Assembly: GCA_027009115.1 (NCBI GenBank)
Contig: JALVDI010000486.1
Location: 3,057-67,056 of the forward strand
Reading direction: 5' to 3'
Source: Polyangiaceae bacterium
Lineage (GTDB): Bacteria > Myxococcota_A > Polyangia > Polyangiales > Houyiibacteriaceae
Length of the DNA: 64,000 nucleotides
The notes below the pieces were generated by a model that worked only from the letters and a program-made list of their open reading frames with translations, was not told where the DNA came from and did no database searches. Within the stretch, counting starts at the first letter, position 1; each line of letters opens with the position of its first letter. This document shows positions 17,467 to 29,427 of the stretch, in pieces. Both the position numbers and the translations under genes were made by a program.

Positions 17467-19542
17467 ATGCCGGATTTTCTGCTTGAGATTGGCGTCGAAG
17501 AGCTCCCCTCCTCTTTTGTTCGCTCGGGCCTTCGGTCGATGGAGGCCGCGGCGCGCCGTCTGCTCACCCAGCATCGCCTCGAGGCGGAGGTCGGCGTCGC
17601 TGGGACGGCCCGACGCCTCGCGCTTCAGCTACGGGGCTTGCCCAAGGCGCAGCCGCCGCGTGAGGAGACGCTCCAGGGGCCACCCTGGGCGGCGGCTTTC
17701 AAGGACGGCGAGCCGACGCGCGCGGCCCTCGGTTTCGCGAAGAAGCACGGAGTCTCCGTGGGTGCCCTCGAGAGGGTCACGACGCCGAAGGGCGACTACG
17801 TTTCGGTCCACATCCGGGAGGAAGGGCGCCCCACCGGCGCCGTGCTCGGGGAGCTCCTCGCTGAGCTCTGTGGGCGAATCACCTTCCCCAAGACCATGCG
17901 CTGGGGGGAAGGGGAGTTCGCCTTCGGACGTCCCGTCCACTGGATCGTCGCGTTGCTCGACGACGCGGTGGTGCCCTTCGAGTTCGCCGGCGTGGCTTCG
18001 GATCGTCAGACCCGTGGTCACCGCTTCCTCGCTCCTGAGTCGTTCCCCCTCGCGGACGCTGGAGACTACGCATCGGCGCTGGCGAGCGCCCACGTGGTCG
18101 TCGCCACCGACGCGCGTCGGGCGCGGATGCTCGAGTTGCTGACCCGTGCGGCCGAAGAGCTGGGAGGCGTTCTCGCCGAGGACCCTTTCCTCGTCGAAGA
18201 GTGCGTCTCCCTTGTCGAGGAGCCGTTCGTCGTGCCTGGGAGCTTCGAGCCAGGGTTCCTGGAGCTACCCGACGAAGTGGTCGTCAGCGTGATGCGCGAC
18301 CACCAGCGCTACTTCGCCGTGCGTTCTTCCGATGGCGCGCTGCTTCCGCGCTACCTGAACGTCGTCAACACCGCCGCCGACCCCGAACGCATCGCCAAGG
18401 GCAACGACCGTGTGCTGCGCGCGCGCCTCAAGGACGCTCAGTTCTTCGTCGCCGAGGATCTCAAGGTCGTGGAGGCCTCCGGTTTCGCGCCCTGGCGCGG
18501 GAAGCTCGACTCCGTCGTCTTCCAGCGCAAGCTCGGCACCGTCGGCGCGAAGGTCCAGCGGATCCAGTCGCTCGCCAGAGAGTTCGCGCCGCAGGTGGGC
18601 GTCGACCCCGCCGACGCCGAGAAGGCCGCCGACCTCTGCAAGGCCGATCTCGAGTCGCTGATCGTCTTCGAGTTCCCGGAGCTCCAAGGGACGATGGGTC
18701 GCTTCTATGCCGAGCGGGTGGGCGTCGAGGCGCCCGTCGCTGCGGCCATCGAGGAGCACTACCAGCCGGCGGGCGCGCAGGACGAGGTTCCGCCATCGGC
18801 TCTGGGTGCCCTCCTCGGCGTCGCCGACCGCGTCGACACCCTCGTCGGATGCTTCCTCATCGGGCAGCAGCCCAAGGGCAACGCCGATCCCTTCGGGCTA
18901 CGGCGGGCGGCGTTGGGGATCGTGCGGATCGCTTTCGAAGGCGCCATCGATGTGGATCTCGAAGGCTGGGTTCGGGCGTCCGCCAAGCAATACGGCGCAC
19001 TCGCTGAGGGGAAGGAGGAGGCGCTGACGGCCCTGCGCGAGTTTTTCGACGCCCGGCTTCGAGTGTGGCTGAAGGACCGCTACCCCCGAGACCTCGTCGA
19101 TGCATGCATCAGCGCCTGGAGGACCGAGGCCGGCGGGCGTTCCTTGAGGGATCTGCGCGACCGCATCGTGGCCCTCGAGCGGCTTCGGGACACGGCGCAC
19201 TACGGGCCCCTCGCGGTGGCGTTCAAGCGGGCGCACAACATCACCAAGGAGGTGCAGGGCGGCCCGGTCGACCCGGCCTTGTTGCTCGAGCCAGCGGAGC
19301 GAGAGCTGGCGCGGGTCTTCGCCGAGGTTCAGCCCAAGGTCGACGAGCGCACCGAGGCAGGAGACTATGCTGGGGCGCTGCAGCTCGTCGCCGAGCGCCT
19401 CAGGGACCCCATCGATACGTTCTTCGAGGGGGTCTTCGTGATGGTCGACGACGCCCGGTTGCGCGACAACCGCCTGTCGTTGCTCAAGGGCATCGCGGAC
19501 TGCGTGAACCGAATCGTCCACTTCCACCTGCTGCAGGCCTGA
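17467..19542 (+). CDS. glyS: Glycyl-tRNA synthetase beta subunit
   Basis: 691 aa. The N-terminus is MPDFLLEIGVEELPSSF. The length and its position after glyQ fit GlyS. Confidence 0.95.
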   Translation: MPDFLLEIGVEELPSSFVRSGLRSMEAAARRLLTQHRLEAEVGVAGTARRLALQLRGLPKAQPPREETLQGPPWAAAFKDGEPTRAALGFAKKHGVSVGALERVTTPKGDYVSVHIREEGRPTGAVLGELLAELCGRITFPKTMRWGEGEFAFGRPVHWIVALLDDAVVPFEFAGVASDRQTRGHRFLAPESFPLADAGDYASALASAHVVVATDARRARMLELLTRAAEELGGVLAEDPFLVEECVSLVEEPFVVPGSFEPGFLELPDEVVVSVMRDHQRYFAVRSSDGALLPRYLNVVNTAADPERIAKGNDRVLRARLKDAQFFVAEDLKVVEASGFAPWRGKLDSVVFQRKLGTVGAKVQRIQSLAREFAPQVGVDPADAEKAADLCKADLESLIVFEFPELQGTMGRFYAERVGVEAPVAAAIEEHYQPAGAQDEVPPSALGALLGVADRVDTLVGCFLIGQQPKGNADPFGLRRAALGIVRIAFEGAIDVDLEGWVRASAKQYGALAEGKEEALTALREFFDARLRVWLKDRYPRDLVDACISAWRTEAGGRSLRDLRDRIVALERLRDTAHYGPLAVAFKRAHNITKEVQGGPVDPALLLEPAERELARVFAEVQPKVDERTEAGDYAGALQLVAERLRDPIDTFFEGVFVMVDDARLRDNRLSLLKGIADCVNRIVHFHLLQA

Positions 19543-19545
19543 ACC

Positions 19546-22227
19546 ATGAGACACGTCTTTCTGTTCGATGCGGAGCCGAGCGACGGCGACCTGAGGAGTC
19601 TCCTCGGCGGCAAGGGTGCGGGCTTGAGCGAAATGACGCGTCTGGGGATCCCGGTCCCGCCAGGCTTCACGCTGGACACTCGCGTGTGCGCGCATTTCCG
19701 CCGCAGCGGTGGCGAATACCCGGAGGGGCTCCCGGCGCAGGTCGACGAAGCGCTGGCGGCGGTCGAAGAGAAGGTCGGCCGACGTTTCGGTGACGCGGCC
19801 AACCCGCTGCTGCTCTCCGTGCGCTCGGGAGCCGCCATCTCGATGCCCGGCATGATGGACACGATCCTCAACCTCGGGCTCAACGACGAGACGGTCCAGG
19901 GGCTCGCTCAGACGAGCGGGGACCGCCGCTTCGCGTTCGACGCCTACCGGCGCCTGCTCCAGATGTACGGCGACGTCGTCCTGGGGGTCCCTCACGCCCG
20001 CTTCGAGGAGGCTCTCTCCGAGCTCAAGGGCGAGGCCGGGGACCGGGCGATGCTCGATGCGGACCTGTCGGCCGAGGCGCTCGAGACCCTCGTCGGGCGC
20101 TACCAGGAGCTCATCGCGAGCGCCGGGCGGCCTTTCCCCCAGGACGTCCACGCCCAGCTCTGGGGCGCGATCGAGGCGGTCTTCGGCTCCTGGGACAATC
20201 CTCGCGCCGTCCGTTACCGCAAGATGCAAGGGATCCCTGAGGACCTGGGCACGGCCTGCAACGTGCAGGCGATGGTCTTCGGCAACATGGGCGAGACGAG
20301 CGGGTCCGGGGTGGCGTTCACGCGCAACCCCTCGACCGGGGAGAAGATGCTCTACGGCGAGTTCCTCCCCAACGCCCAGGGCGAGGACGTCGTCGCGGGC
20401 ATCCGCACTCCCCGACCGCTGACGGCCGCTGCGGCGCTGCCGGGGCAGGAGTCGCTGAGTCTCGAACGCTCGATGCCCGAAGCGTTCGCCGCGATCGCGC
20501 ACCACTGCGCGACCTTGGAGGCCCACTTCGGCGACATGCAGGACGTCGAGTTCACGATCGAGCGGGGTCGGGCGTACATCCTCCAAACCCGGCGTGGCAA
20601 GCGCACGGCGCAGGCGGCGGTGCGCATCGCCGTGGACATGGTTGGCGAAGGAGCCATCGATCGCGATCGTGCCCTGTTGCAGGTCGAAGCCGACAGCCTC
20701 GAGCAGCTGCTGCACGCCCGCTTGCCCTCTCCCGAGGAGCTCGCGGCGCAGGGGGTGCTTCCGTTGGCCTCGGGGCTCCCCGCGAGCCCGGGCGCGGCGA
20801 CCGGCGAGGTCGTGTTCGACGCGGACGAGGCCGAGCGCAAGGCCGCAGAGGGCCGCGATGTGATCCTCGTTCGACGCGAGACGAGCCCCGAGGACATTCA
20901 CGGCATGAAGGCGGCGCGTGGGATCGTCACGGCCACTGGCGGGATGACCTCCCACGCCGCGGTGGTGGCCCGCGGCCTCGGCAAACCTTGCGTCGCCGGC
21001 GTCGGCAGCCTGCACGTCGACTACGGGCGCCGAATCATGACCTTCCGCAAGGTCGACGGTTCCGCGACGACCCTCGAAGCCGGCGCGACGCTGACCCTCG
21101 ATGGCACCCACGGCAAGGTCTACGCGGGCGCCCTCGACGTGGTGGCCGCTGCGACGATCCCCGAGCTCGAGACGCTCCTGTCGTGGGCGGACGAGGCCCG
21201 CGTGCTGAGGGTGCGCGCCAACGCCGACACGCCCCGCGCGGCCCGCAGCGCCCGCAGCTTCGGTGCGGAAGGGATCGGACTGTGCCGCACCGAGCACATG
21301 TTCTTCGCCGAGGAGCGCCTGGAGGCTGTGCGGTGCATGGTGCTCGCTCCCGACGAAGGCACCCGAGAGCGGTGGCTCGAGCGCATCGAGCCGATGCAGC
21401 GAGACGACTTCGAGGGGATCCTCGAGACCATGGACGGGCTCCCGGTCACGGTGCGGCTTCTCGACTGGCCGCTGCACGAGTTCCTCCCGAAGAACGACGC
21501 CGAGCTCGAATCGGTGGCCGCGGCCCTCGGCGAACCGGTCTCCCAGGTGCGCGAGCGCGCCGAGGCGCTCGGTGAGGTGAACCCGATGCTCGGCTACCGC
21601 GCGGTGCGCGTCGGACTCACCATCCCGGCCATCGTACGGACGCAGGTTCGCGCTCTCGTCGAGGCGACAGCTCGGCGCCGGGCGAGCGGAGGCGATCCGC
21701 GCCCGGAGATCATGATCCCCGTCGTCTGCGCCCATGGAGAGCTGGTCGCCATGCGGCGCATCGTCGAGGCCGAGATCGAGGCGACTCGTGCGCGCGTCGG
21801 TGAGCTCGGTCCCATCCCTGTTGGCACCATGATCGAGCTGCCGCGCGCCTGCCTCGTGGCGGACCGCCTCGCCGCCGACGCCGACTTTTTCTCCTTCGGG
21901 ACCAACGACCTCACGCAGACGACGTTTGGGATCAGCCGGGACGACGCCGCCCGTTTCCTGCCGGCCTACATCGACACGCTGGGCGTGCTCGAGGACGACC
22001 CCTTTGCGCACCTCGACGAGGAAGGAGTCGGTGCGCTCGTAGCGCTCGCCTGCGAGCGTGGCCGCAGGACGCGCCCGCAGCTTGGGCTCGGCATTTGCGG
22101 CGAGCACGGCGGAGATCCTCGTTCCATCGCGTTCGTGGCGCGGCTGGGCCTCGACTACGTCTCCTGTTCTCCGCCGCGGCTACCGATCGCGCGCCTGGCT
22201 GCTGCGCAGGCGGCCCTCCGCGCCTGA
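19546..22227 (+). CDS. ppdK: Pyruvate, phosphate dikinase
   Basis: 893 aa. It has the phosphohistidine loop GGMTSHAAVVARG, GLCRTEHMFF and FSFGTNDLTQ. The start lies 3 nt after the glyS stop. Confidence 0.97.
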   Translation: MRHVFLFDAEPSDGDLRSLLGGKGAGLSEMTRLGIPVPPGFTLDTRVCAHFRRSGGEYPEGLPAQVDEALAAVEEKVGRRFGDAANPLLLSVRSGAAISMPGMMDTILNLGLNDETVQGLAQTSGDRRFAFDAYRRLLQMYGDVVLGVPHARFEEALSELKGEAGDRAMLDADLSAEALETLVGRYQELIASAGRPFPQDVHAQLWGAIEAVFGSWDNPRAVRYRKMQGIPEDLGTACNVQAMVFGNMGETSGSGVAFTRNPSTGEKMLYGEFLPNAQGEDVVAGIRTPRPLTAAAALPGQESLSLERSMPEAFAAIAHHCATLEAHFGDMQDVEFTIERGRAYILQTRRGKRTAQAAVRIAVDMVGEGAIDRDRALLQVEADSLEQLLHARLPSPEELAAQGVLPLASGLPASPGAATGEVVFDADEAERKAAEGRDVILVRRETSPEDIHGMKAARGIVTATGGMTSHAAVVARGLGKPCVAGVGSLHVDYGRRIMTFRKVDGSATTLEAGATLTLDGTHGKVYAGALDVVAAATIPELETLLSWADEARVLRVRANADTPRAARSARSFGAEGIGLCRTEHMFFAEERLEAVRCMVLAPDEGTRERWLERIEPMQRDDFEGILETMDGLPVTVRLLDWPLHEFLPKNDAELESVAAALGEPVSQVRERAEALGEVNPMLGYRAVRVGLTIPAIVRTQVRALVEATARRRASGGDPRPEIMIPVVCAHGELVAMRRIVEAEIEATRARVGELGPIPVGTMIELPRACLVADRLAADADFFSFGTNDLTQTTFGISRDDAARFLPAYIDTLGVLEDDPFAHLDEEGVGALVALACERGRRTRPQLGLGICGEHGGDPRSIAFVARLGLDYVSCSPPRLPIARLAAAQAALRA

Positions 22228-22553
22228 GCGCTACGGGCATTCGGGCGGCGGCGCGGCCCTCGGCGACCGTGCCTGACCAAGAGTCCGCCTCAGGATCGAC
22301 CGTGGCCGATCGCGCTGGCGAGGACGCCCTGCGTGATGCAGCCGGGCGAGGAAATCTGGAAGCTTCTCGAGGCGCGATGCGTCGTGCAGGGGCCGTACCC
22401 AAGGCAGGAGCCCTAGGAGGCGTCAGAGCTCGTGCGGGGCCGCACCTTGACGAGCGCCCGACCTCGGCCGATGATCTCCCAGGACTCGGCCTTCCGGCAT
22501 AGGTAGAAAATCTTTGTGATCACGTACTTTCTTGGCGACCGGGGGAGAACACC

Positions 22554-24107
<1,554 letters not shown>

Positions 24108-24210
24108 GAGGAGCCAAGGGCGCTCCGGCGCCGGGTCCGGAGCCGGTCGATGACACGTTCGTCGAGCCGCGCTCCTCGCCGAACGCCCGGGCCGGGCCCT
24201 TGCGCCGACC

Positions 24211-25041
24211 TCAGAGGCCGCCGAGGCGGCTGAAGGTCAGCACGTGCCGCTCGTTGACCCGCACGGTCCCTGGCGTGGCGCCGAGGGTGGGCTCGACGAC
24301 GGTGCCGTGGACCAGCCCGGACCACGGCGCGCCCGAGTCTGCGCGACCCCAGACGAGCTCGTTTTGGAACGCCGTGATGCCCGCCGAGGTCGTGTCCGTG
24401 ACCAGGCGAGAGCGGTAGCCGATGACGAAGTCGCCCCAGTGGTGGCGATGGCGACGGCGGCGGTGTCCGGTCTTGATGTAGTACTCGCCCCAGGCGATGG
24501 AGCTTCCCGCCGGGGCGACGGCGCCGGCGGACTCACCCCCGAGCGGGTAGTCGACGAGGAAGGTGAGCGAGCAGCCGCCGTCGTGGACTTCGAAGCCCCG
24601 CCGCGGAATGACCATTCCCGAGGCCACGTGCGCGCGCAGGTCGATGCGGGGGTCTCGGTAGTAGCGCCGGAAGTAGATGCGGCCGATGTTGGCGGGGTCC
24701 ATCGGGTCGACGCCGAAGCGCCGGATGAAGTAGTCGCGAGCGATCATCTCCATGGCGTCCACATCGGCGGGCGAGCGGCCCATGATCTCGCTCTGGAAGT
24801 AGCCCCCGTCGCACAGACCTTGGAAGCAACCGGGGACGTCCGGGTTGGGCACGGTGGGGTCGTACTCGCCGTTCGCGATGAAGCTCAGGTACCCGGTAAA
24901 GCCCGCGGGCGGGAAGACCATCACGGTCGTCGCCGTCGCCCGGTCGCTCGGGAGCGCGATCGCCCCCGCTACCAGCGCGGCCACCAGAAACCCACCTCGA
25001 AGCGCCGATCGATCACCCATCTCAACCCTCCCAGCCGTCAC
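24211..25041 (-). CDS. Hypothetical secreted protein
   Basis: 276-aa ORF with a signal-peptide-like N-terminus (GGFLVAALVAGAIALPSDRATA); a start at M8 (25020) is possible. It contains the basic/His patch HRRRRHRHH. I recognise no family. Confidence 0.55.
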   Translation of the reverse strand: MTAGRVEMGDRSALRGGFLVAALVAGAIALPSDRATATTVMVFPPAGFTGYLSFIANGEYDPTVPNPDVPGCFQGLCDGGYFQSEIMGRSPADVDAMEMIARDYFIRRFGVDPMDPANIGRIYFRRYYRDPRIDLRAHVASGMVIPRRGFEVHDGGCSLTFLVDYPLGGESAGAVAPAGSSIAWGEYYIKTGHRRRRHRHHWGDFVIGYRSRLVTDTTSAGITAFQNELVWGRADSGAPWSGLVHGTVVEPTLGATPGTVRVNERHVLTFSRLGGL

Positions 25042-25276
25042 GAGTCGTCCCGTGAGAGCCCCGCGCCCTCACTCCAGCGTGACGAGGGTACGTCCGGGTT
25101 GGGTCTTCTGTCCACGGCGAACCCTCGATGCACGCTCCGGGTGCCGCGCTAACATTCGGAAATTACATGCAAATTTGGGCATCGGCTTCATTGCGCAAGT
25201 TTCGTGCACCCCCGGGGAGCGAGGCGCGCCCTCGCCCCTGGAGACTCTCGGGCGTGCGCGTTGCCGCGTCCGGACG

Positions 25277-26776
25277 ATGCGACTACGTTCCGCCGCCATG
25301 AGGCCCACGGCCCGACCTCCCGGCATCCTCTTGCTCGTCGCGGCCCTCCTTGGGGGGTGCACCAACGAAGGGGAGCCGCCGCCGGTCGGGCGGCTCGTGT
25401 TCCCCATCGCGCTCGGCTTGTCGCCGAGCGGGGAGCATCTCTTCGTCGCGAATTCGAACTTCGATCTCCGCTACAACGCGGGGTCTCTGCAGAGCTACGA
25501 CGTCGACGTCCTCAACCAAGAGCTCGATCGGGCGTGCCGCGATGTGCCGCCCTCCGAGCGCGACGCGTGCGGGATCATCCCCGAAGAGGACGTCCGCGAC
25601 GATTTGACGGAGGCCATCCGGCCGGTGCAGGGCCTCCTCGTCGATCAGGTCCGGATCGGCTCCTTCGCCGACGGCATGGCGGTCGCACCCTACGGCGACG
25701 CCGCTCGCGTCTACCTGCCTGTTCGCAGCGACGCCAACCTGACTTACGTGGACGTGGTTGGCGGTCAGTTCGACTGCGGCCCGGGAGCCCCCGACGAATT
25801 GGGCCGTCGCTGCGACGACGCGCACCGTCGCGGGGAGGACGAGGCCGCGACCCTCCGTGGCATCGAGCTGCCGGCGGACCCCGTCGGGGTCGCTGTTGGG
25901 CCGCTGGCGGACGTCGTCAGCCCCGATCGGACGGCGCCCGAGGGGAACTACGTGCTGTTCGCGCACCGGGATGGCCGTGCCAGCCTCTTTTTCGACGAGC
26001 CCGAGGGCGACAGCACGGCGCCTGTGTTGGTGCACACCCTCAGCGGGCTTCCATCGGAGCTCGTGGATATCACCGTCGACCCGCGCACCCGCGTGGCCTG
26101 GGCGCCGAGTGCGCGAGAGCCGGTGCTCGCCCGCGTCGGTATCGCCTTCGACGGGGCGACCCGGGAGCCTGATCGGAGCTTCCTCTTCGACGCCGGCGGC
26201 GCTTACCTCTCCGGCATCGACACCGGCTCGGCCTCCCGCGGGGACACGCGCTTGTTGCGCTTCGATCCGCGGCCGGAGGTCGAGCGGGCGTATATCCTCG
26301 CGCGCCGTCCGCGGGCCCTGCTCATCGCCGACACCTCGGACGCGAGCGCGGCGGTGCCCGTGCTCGATGTCGTTCCGGTGGGCTTCGGTCCCTCCCGTCT
26401 GGAGATCGCGACCATCGACGTCTCCGATCCGGAGGACGACGCGAGTCCCCCGATGCTTCGCACGCTGGCGTTCGTGAGCTGCTTCGATACCCGTGACCTC
26501 TACGTGATCGACGTCGATCTGGGGGAGCTCGTCGGGATCGTACGCAGCCTCGGAGGGCCTTTTGAGTTGGTCGTCGATCCGGGGCGCGGCAAGCCCTCCG
26601 AGGGAGGCTACGGTCCCCGCGTCTACGTGGCCGACTTCCGAACGTCGGTCGTTCGTGTCGTGGACCTCGGGCCGATGGCCGCGTGCCTGCGGGGCGCCAC
26701 CCCCGACGATGGCGAGTGCTCGCCCCAGCTCCTCGGGGTCGTGGGTCGGCCGGTCGCCGTTCGCGAGCTTCGCTGA
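25277..26776 (+). CDS. Hypothetical lipoprotein, probable beta-propeller-like repeat protein
   Basis: The start is ATG 25277 (or 25298); the ORF-track start at 24845 is an extension. The signal/lipobox-like sequence is ILLLVAALLGGC. Strand-like motifs recur: HLFVANSNFD, RVYLPVRSDANLTYVDV, DLYVIDVDLGELVGIV, RVYVADFRTSVVRVVDL. Confidence 0.65.
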   Translation: MRLRSAAMRPTARPPGILLLVAALLGGCTNEGEPPPVGRLVFPIALGLSPSGEHLFVANSNFDLRYNAGSLQSYDVDVLNQELDRACRDVPPSERDACGIIPEEDVRDDLTEAIRPVQGLLVDQVRIGSFADGMAVAPYGDAARVYLPVRSDANLTYVDVVGGQFDCGPGAPDELGRRCDDAHRRGEDEAATLRGIELPADPVGVAVGPLADVVSPDRTAPEGNYVLFAHRDGRASLFFDEPEGDSTAPVLVHTLSGLPSELVDITVDPRTRVAWAPSAREPVLARVGIAFDGATREPDRSFLFDAGGAYLSGIDTGSASRGDTRLLRFDPRPEVERAYILARRPRALLIADTSDASAAVPVLDVVPVGFGPSRLEIATIDVSDPEDDASPPMLRTLAFVSCFDTRDLYVIDVDLGELVGIVRSLGGPFELVVDPGRGKPSEGGYGPRVYVADFRTSVVRVVDLGPMAACLRGATPDDGECSPQLLGVVGRPVAVRELR

Positions 26777-26794
26777 ACCCAAGTCGTGAGCTTC

Positions 26795-29377
26795 ATGCGC
26801 GTATACCTGCTTGTGTCTCTGCTGGTGCTGGGGTTCGGCTGTCGCCAGAACCCCACCGTGGTCGTCCCCCCGAGCTTTGAGCGTCCGGGCGCGGTGGCCT
26901 TCTTCTGTGTCGATGTCGGCTCGTCGTCGATCGTGCCGCTCGCCGAGTGCGAGGGGTTGGACGGCGTGAGCACCGAGGATCGGGCGCTCACCGCGTTGGT
27001 CGCTCAGACGGCCAGTGGAGAGGTCGCTTCCGTCGACCTGCGTCTGGACCGCATCATTGACGCGGACCTACGCGTGCCCGGGTTCACCTTCAAGCGGGTC
27101 GGCGAGGTGCCCACGGCGATCGTCGTCAACCCGCTCAACCCGGTCGTCACCTACGTCGCGAGCTTTGGCTCGCGTCGCGTCGAGTACTACGACACCGCGG
27201 ATTTCCGCGAGGACGTCGACCGCGGCGCCGGCCTCGCAGCAACCGCGACGCCGTGGGTGGAGCTCCCCGACGGACCGACGGACTTGGTCCTTTCGCCGGA
27301 CGGTGCCGCCCTGTACGCAGCGCTGCCGACGCTGGGGGCCGTGGCGATCCTTCCGATCAACCCAGACGGAAGCCTTGGGACCCTCGACGCGCCGGACGAC
27401 CCGAGCGCCTACACCCTGGTCCCGGTCACGGCACCCGATCCCCTGCCGGTGGCGACCGCCGCCCGGCGCGCGCCTTTCGATGCCCGCCCGGTGGCTTGCT
27501 CCGAAGGGGAGGACCCTCGCCCGCTGGGCGTGCTGTGGACCGGCCAGAGCTGCGTCGCGCTCGAGGGGTGTGGGTGCGAGGGCGCCGACTGCGACGCGCT
27601 CTTCCAGGACGCTGGCGGGCTGGCCGCGATCGACCGCTGTCGGAGCGCTTTCCCGACCTATGAGCGGGTGTGTCCCACCAACATCGAGCTGCGCCGCCCC
27701 ACCCTCGAGACGCCGACGCAGGTGATGCCCGCGCCCGGAACCCCGCCGGCGCCGATGGGTTTGGAGCTCGACGGCGACACCTTGTTGGTGCTCGATCAAG
27801 CGCTGCCGCTCATCCACCGCTTCTCCGCAACGTCCGCCGCGCTGACACCCCTCGAACCCTTTGCGCCCGGTGTCCCCGTGCGAGACGTGGCGTTGACTCC
27901 AGAGGTTCCGCGGATTGTTGGCGGGGACGCCTCGGACGTCGAGCGCTTCCTCTACGCCATCGACGCGACCGACGGCAGCGTGTTGGTGCTCGACGCCCTC
28001 GAGGGCTCGCCGACTTTCGGTGCGGTGCTCCCGGTGCATGGGGGCGCCGGCGCTCCGGATCGGGTTCGCCTGTTGGACCGCGCGCGTACGATCGAAGTCC
28101 TGACGCCCGGGTTCCCCGGCGCGTACTGCGACCTGGAGGCACCGGAAGCGGCCGCCGCCCCCGACCGACTTCGCGGCGTCTTCGTGGCGGCCGGGCTGGG
28201 GAACGGGCTCGTGGAGATCGTCGACGTGCACGACCTCGACGCGACCTGCCGCGGCGGCGACACGAACTGCGAAGGGCCGCCGGTCGCCTCGGACGTGCGC
28301 GTGTTCATCCGCCGCCACGCGCCGAGGATCGGGAGCTACGTCACCACGGCGGCGGCGACCATCGGGACCCCGACCTTCAGTCTCGAAGGAAACACCGGGC
28401 GCCTCACGAACACGGGCGCGTCGGAGAGCGGCGGTCCGGGGCTCGAGCCGGGCACCTGCCCTCCTTTTTTCGCTGAGGCCTTCCCGAACGCGGCGGGGGC
28501 GATGCCGCTGATTTGCTCCGTCGCCGAGCCGTGGTCGGCGCGTCAGGAGCGTTGGCAGGCGACCTGGGAGGGGCCCATCCCGGGTGCTCGGAGCGGCTTC
28601 GCGCACTTCGGTGCCGACGACCGAACCATCGAGTTGGGCAGCGTTCGGTTTTGCGCCCGCGGCGTCCTCGGGCGGGACGACGTGGCCGGCGCCGGCCTCG
28701 ACGAGGCGGAGCCCGAGTTCGGCTATGGGGGCGATCAGCTCTTGGTCGTGAGCGATCCGCCGGACTCGAAACGCGACGACCCCACCTGCGAGCCCTTCTT
28801 TCTCGACGAGAACGGTGCCCGCGAGGAGCTCCCGATGGAGATCGTCCAGTCGATGCAGGAGCGTGTGGTCGTCGCCGAGATCCCCGAGCGGGTGCGACGC
28901 TGCTACACGAACGACGACGGCGTGAGCGTGCTCTTCGAGGTCGAAGCGCGGGTTCGTCGCGCCTTCGCCGTCGTGGGTACCCGGAGCGGATTCGTCCATC
29001 GCGTGGAGGCGGACGAGACCGGTCGCTGTTTCATCGACCGGGTCGGTCAGCCTGTGATCCAGGGAGAGCCGCAGACCTTCCGCAACGCCCGCGCCTTCAA
29101 CGAACGCCCCTACCTCAACCCGTGGGTCTCGTTCACCATCGCGAACGCTGGGGGGCTCATTCGCGGTGACCGCTCGCAGCTCTCGTTCAACCTCGGCAAC
29201 GTGCCGCCGGCGCTCGTGGCGGACGTCGGCACCCGCGGCCAGTCGCGGGTGTCAACGGTCGTCACGGGGCTCCACTACAGCCCCACCGACGAGCGCCTGT
29301 ACGCCGTCGACGCCAACGCCGACGCCCTGGTGCAGTTCACCTTGGCGCCCCTGAGCTTCGAGGACGTCTTCGAATAG
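26795..29377 (+). CDS. Hypothetical large secreted protein / lipoprotein (about 860 aa)
   Basis: ATG 26795 gives [16 protein letters not shown]; GTG 26786 is an alternative. Repeats resemble the upstream gene: [51 protein letters not shown]. It starts 19 nt (ATG 26795; 10 nt if GTG 26786) after the previous gene. Confidence 0.65.
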   Translation: MRVYLLVSLLVLGFGCRQNPTVVVPPSFERPGAVAFFCVDVGSSSIVPLAECEGLDGVSTEDRALTALVAQTASGEVASVDLRLDRIIDADLRVPGFTFKRVGEVPTAIVVNPLNPVVTYVASFGSRRVEYYDTADFREDVDRGAGLAATATPWVELPDGPTDLVLSPDGAALYAALPTLGAVAILPINPDGSLGTLDAPDDPSAYTLVPVTAPDPLPVATAARRAPFDARPVACSEGEDPRPLGVLWTGQSCVALEGCGCEGADCDALFQDAGGLAAIDRCRSAFPTYERVCPTNIELRRPTLETPTQVMPAPGTPPAPMGLELDGDTLLVLDQALPLIHRFSATSAALTPLEPFAPGVPVRDVALTPEVPRIVGGDASDVERFLYAIDATDGSVLVLDALEGSPTFGAVLPVHGGAGAPDRVRLLDRARTIEVLTPGFPGAYCDLEAPEAAAAPDRLRGVFVAAGLGNGLVEIVDVHDLDATCRGGDTNCEGPPVASDVRVFIRRHAPRIGSYVTTAAATIGTPTFSLEGNTGRLTNTGASESGGPGLEPGTCPPFFAEAFPNAAGAMPLICSVAEPWSARQERWQATWEGPIPGARSGFAHFGADDRTIELGSVRFCARGVLGRDDVAGAGLDEAEPEFGYGGDQLLVVSDPPDSKRDDPTCEPFFLDENGAREELPMEIVQSMQERVVVAEIPERVRRCYTNDDGVSVLFEVEARVRRAFAVVGTRSGFVHRVEADETGRCFIDRVGQPVIQGEPQTFRNARAFNERPYLNPWVSFTIANAGGLIRGDRSQLSFNLGNVPPALVADVGTRGQSRVSTVVTGLHYSPTDERLYAVDANADALVQFTLAPLSFEDVFE

Positions 29378-29427
29378 GAGTGAGCCGGGCGTACGCTCGG
29401 CGGGACGCGGAGGAGAGCCGCCGCAGC

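Noticed and set aside
16478-18142. A 554-aa plus-strand ORF in an alternative frame overlapping the ROK kinase and glyS
   Set aside because: The translation is extremely Arg/Pro/Ser/Gly-rich and runs out of frame with two well-supported genes. It has no start context.
18898-22107. A 1069-aa ORF antisense to ppdK and the end of glyS
   Set aside because: This is a typical high-GC artefact. The translation is Arg/Ala/Gly/Pro/Leu-rich with no motifs, while the opposite strand encodes unmistakable PpdK (GGMTSHAAVVARG, CRTEHMF). Long stop-free antisense frames are expected at about 70% GC.
22300-22502. Small ORFs in the ppdK/kinase intergenic region, for example a 26-aa MQPGEEIWKLLEARCVVQGPYPRQEP and a 25-aa minus-strand ORF
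   Set aside because: Third-position GC is poor compared with real genes here, there is no SD, and I recognise no motif. Sequence alone cannot support these as coding.
25150-25205. An AT-rich patch with TGGGCATCGGCTTCATTGCG and an AAATT-N8-AATTT inverted repeat, considered as a sigma54 promoter or operator
   Set aside because: The GG/GC spacing does not fit the -24/-12 register in any alignment I tried. The inverted-repeat arms are only 5 bp of A/T. It is probably just ordinary promoter DNA for the divergent genes.
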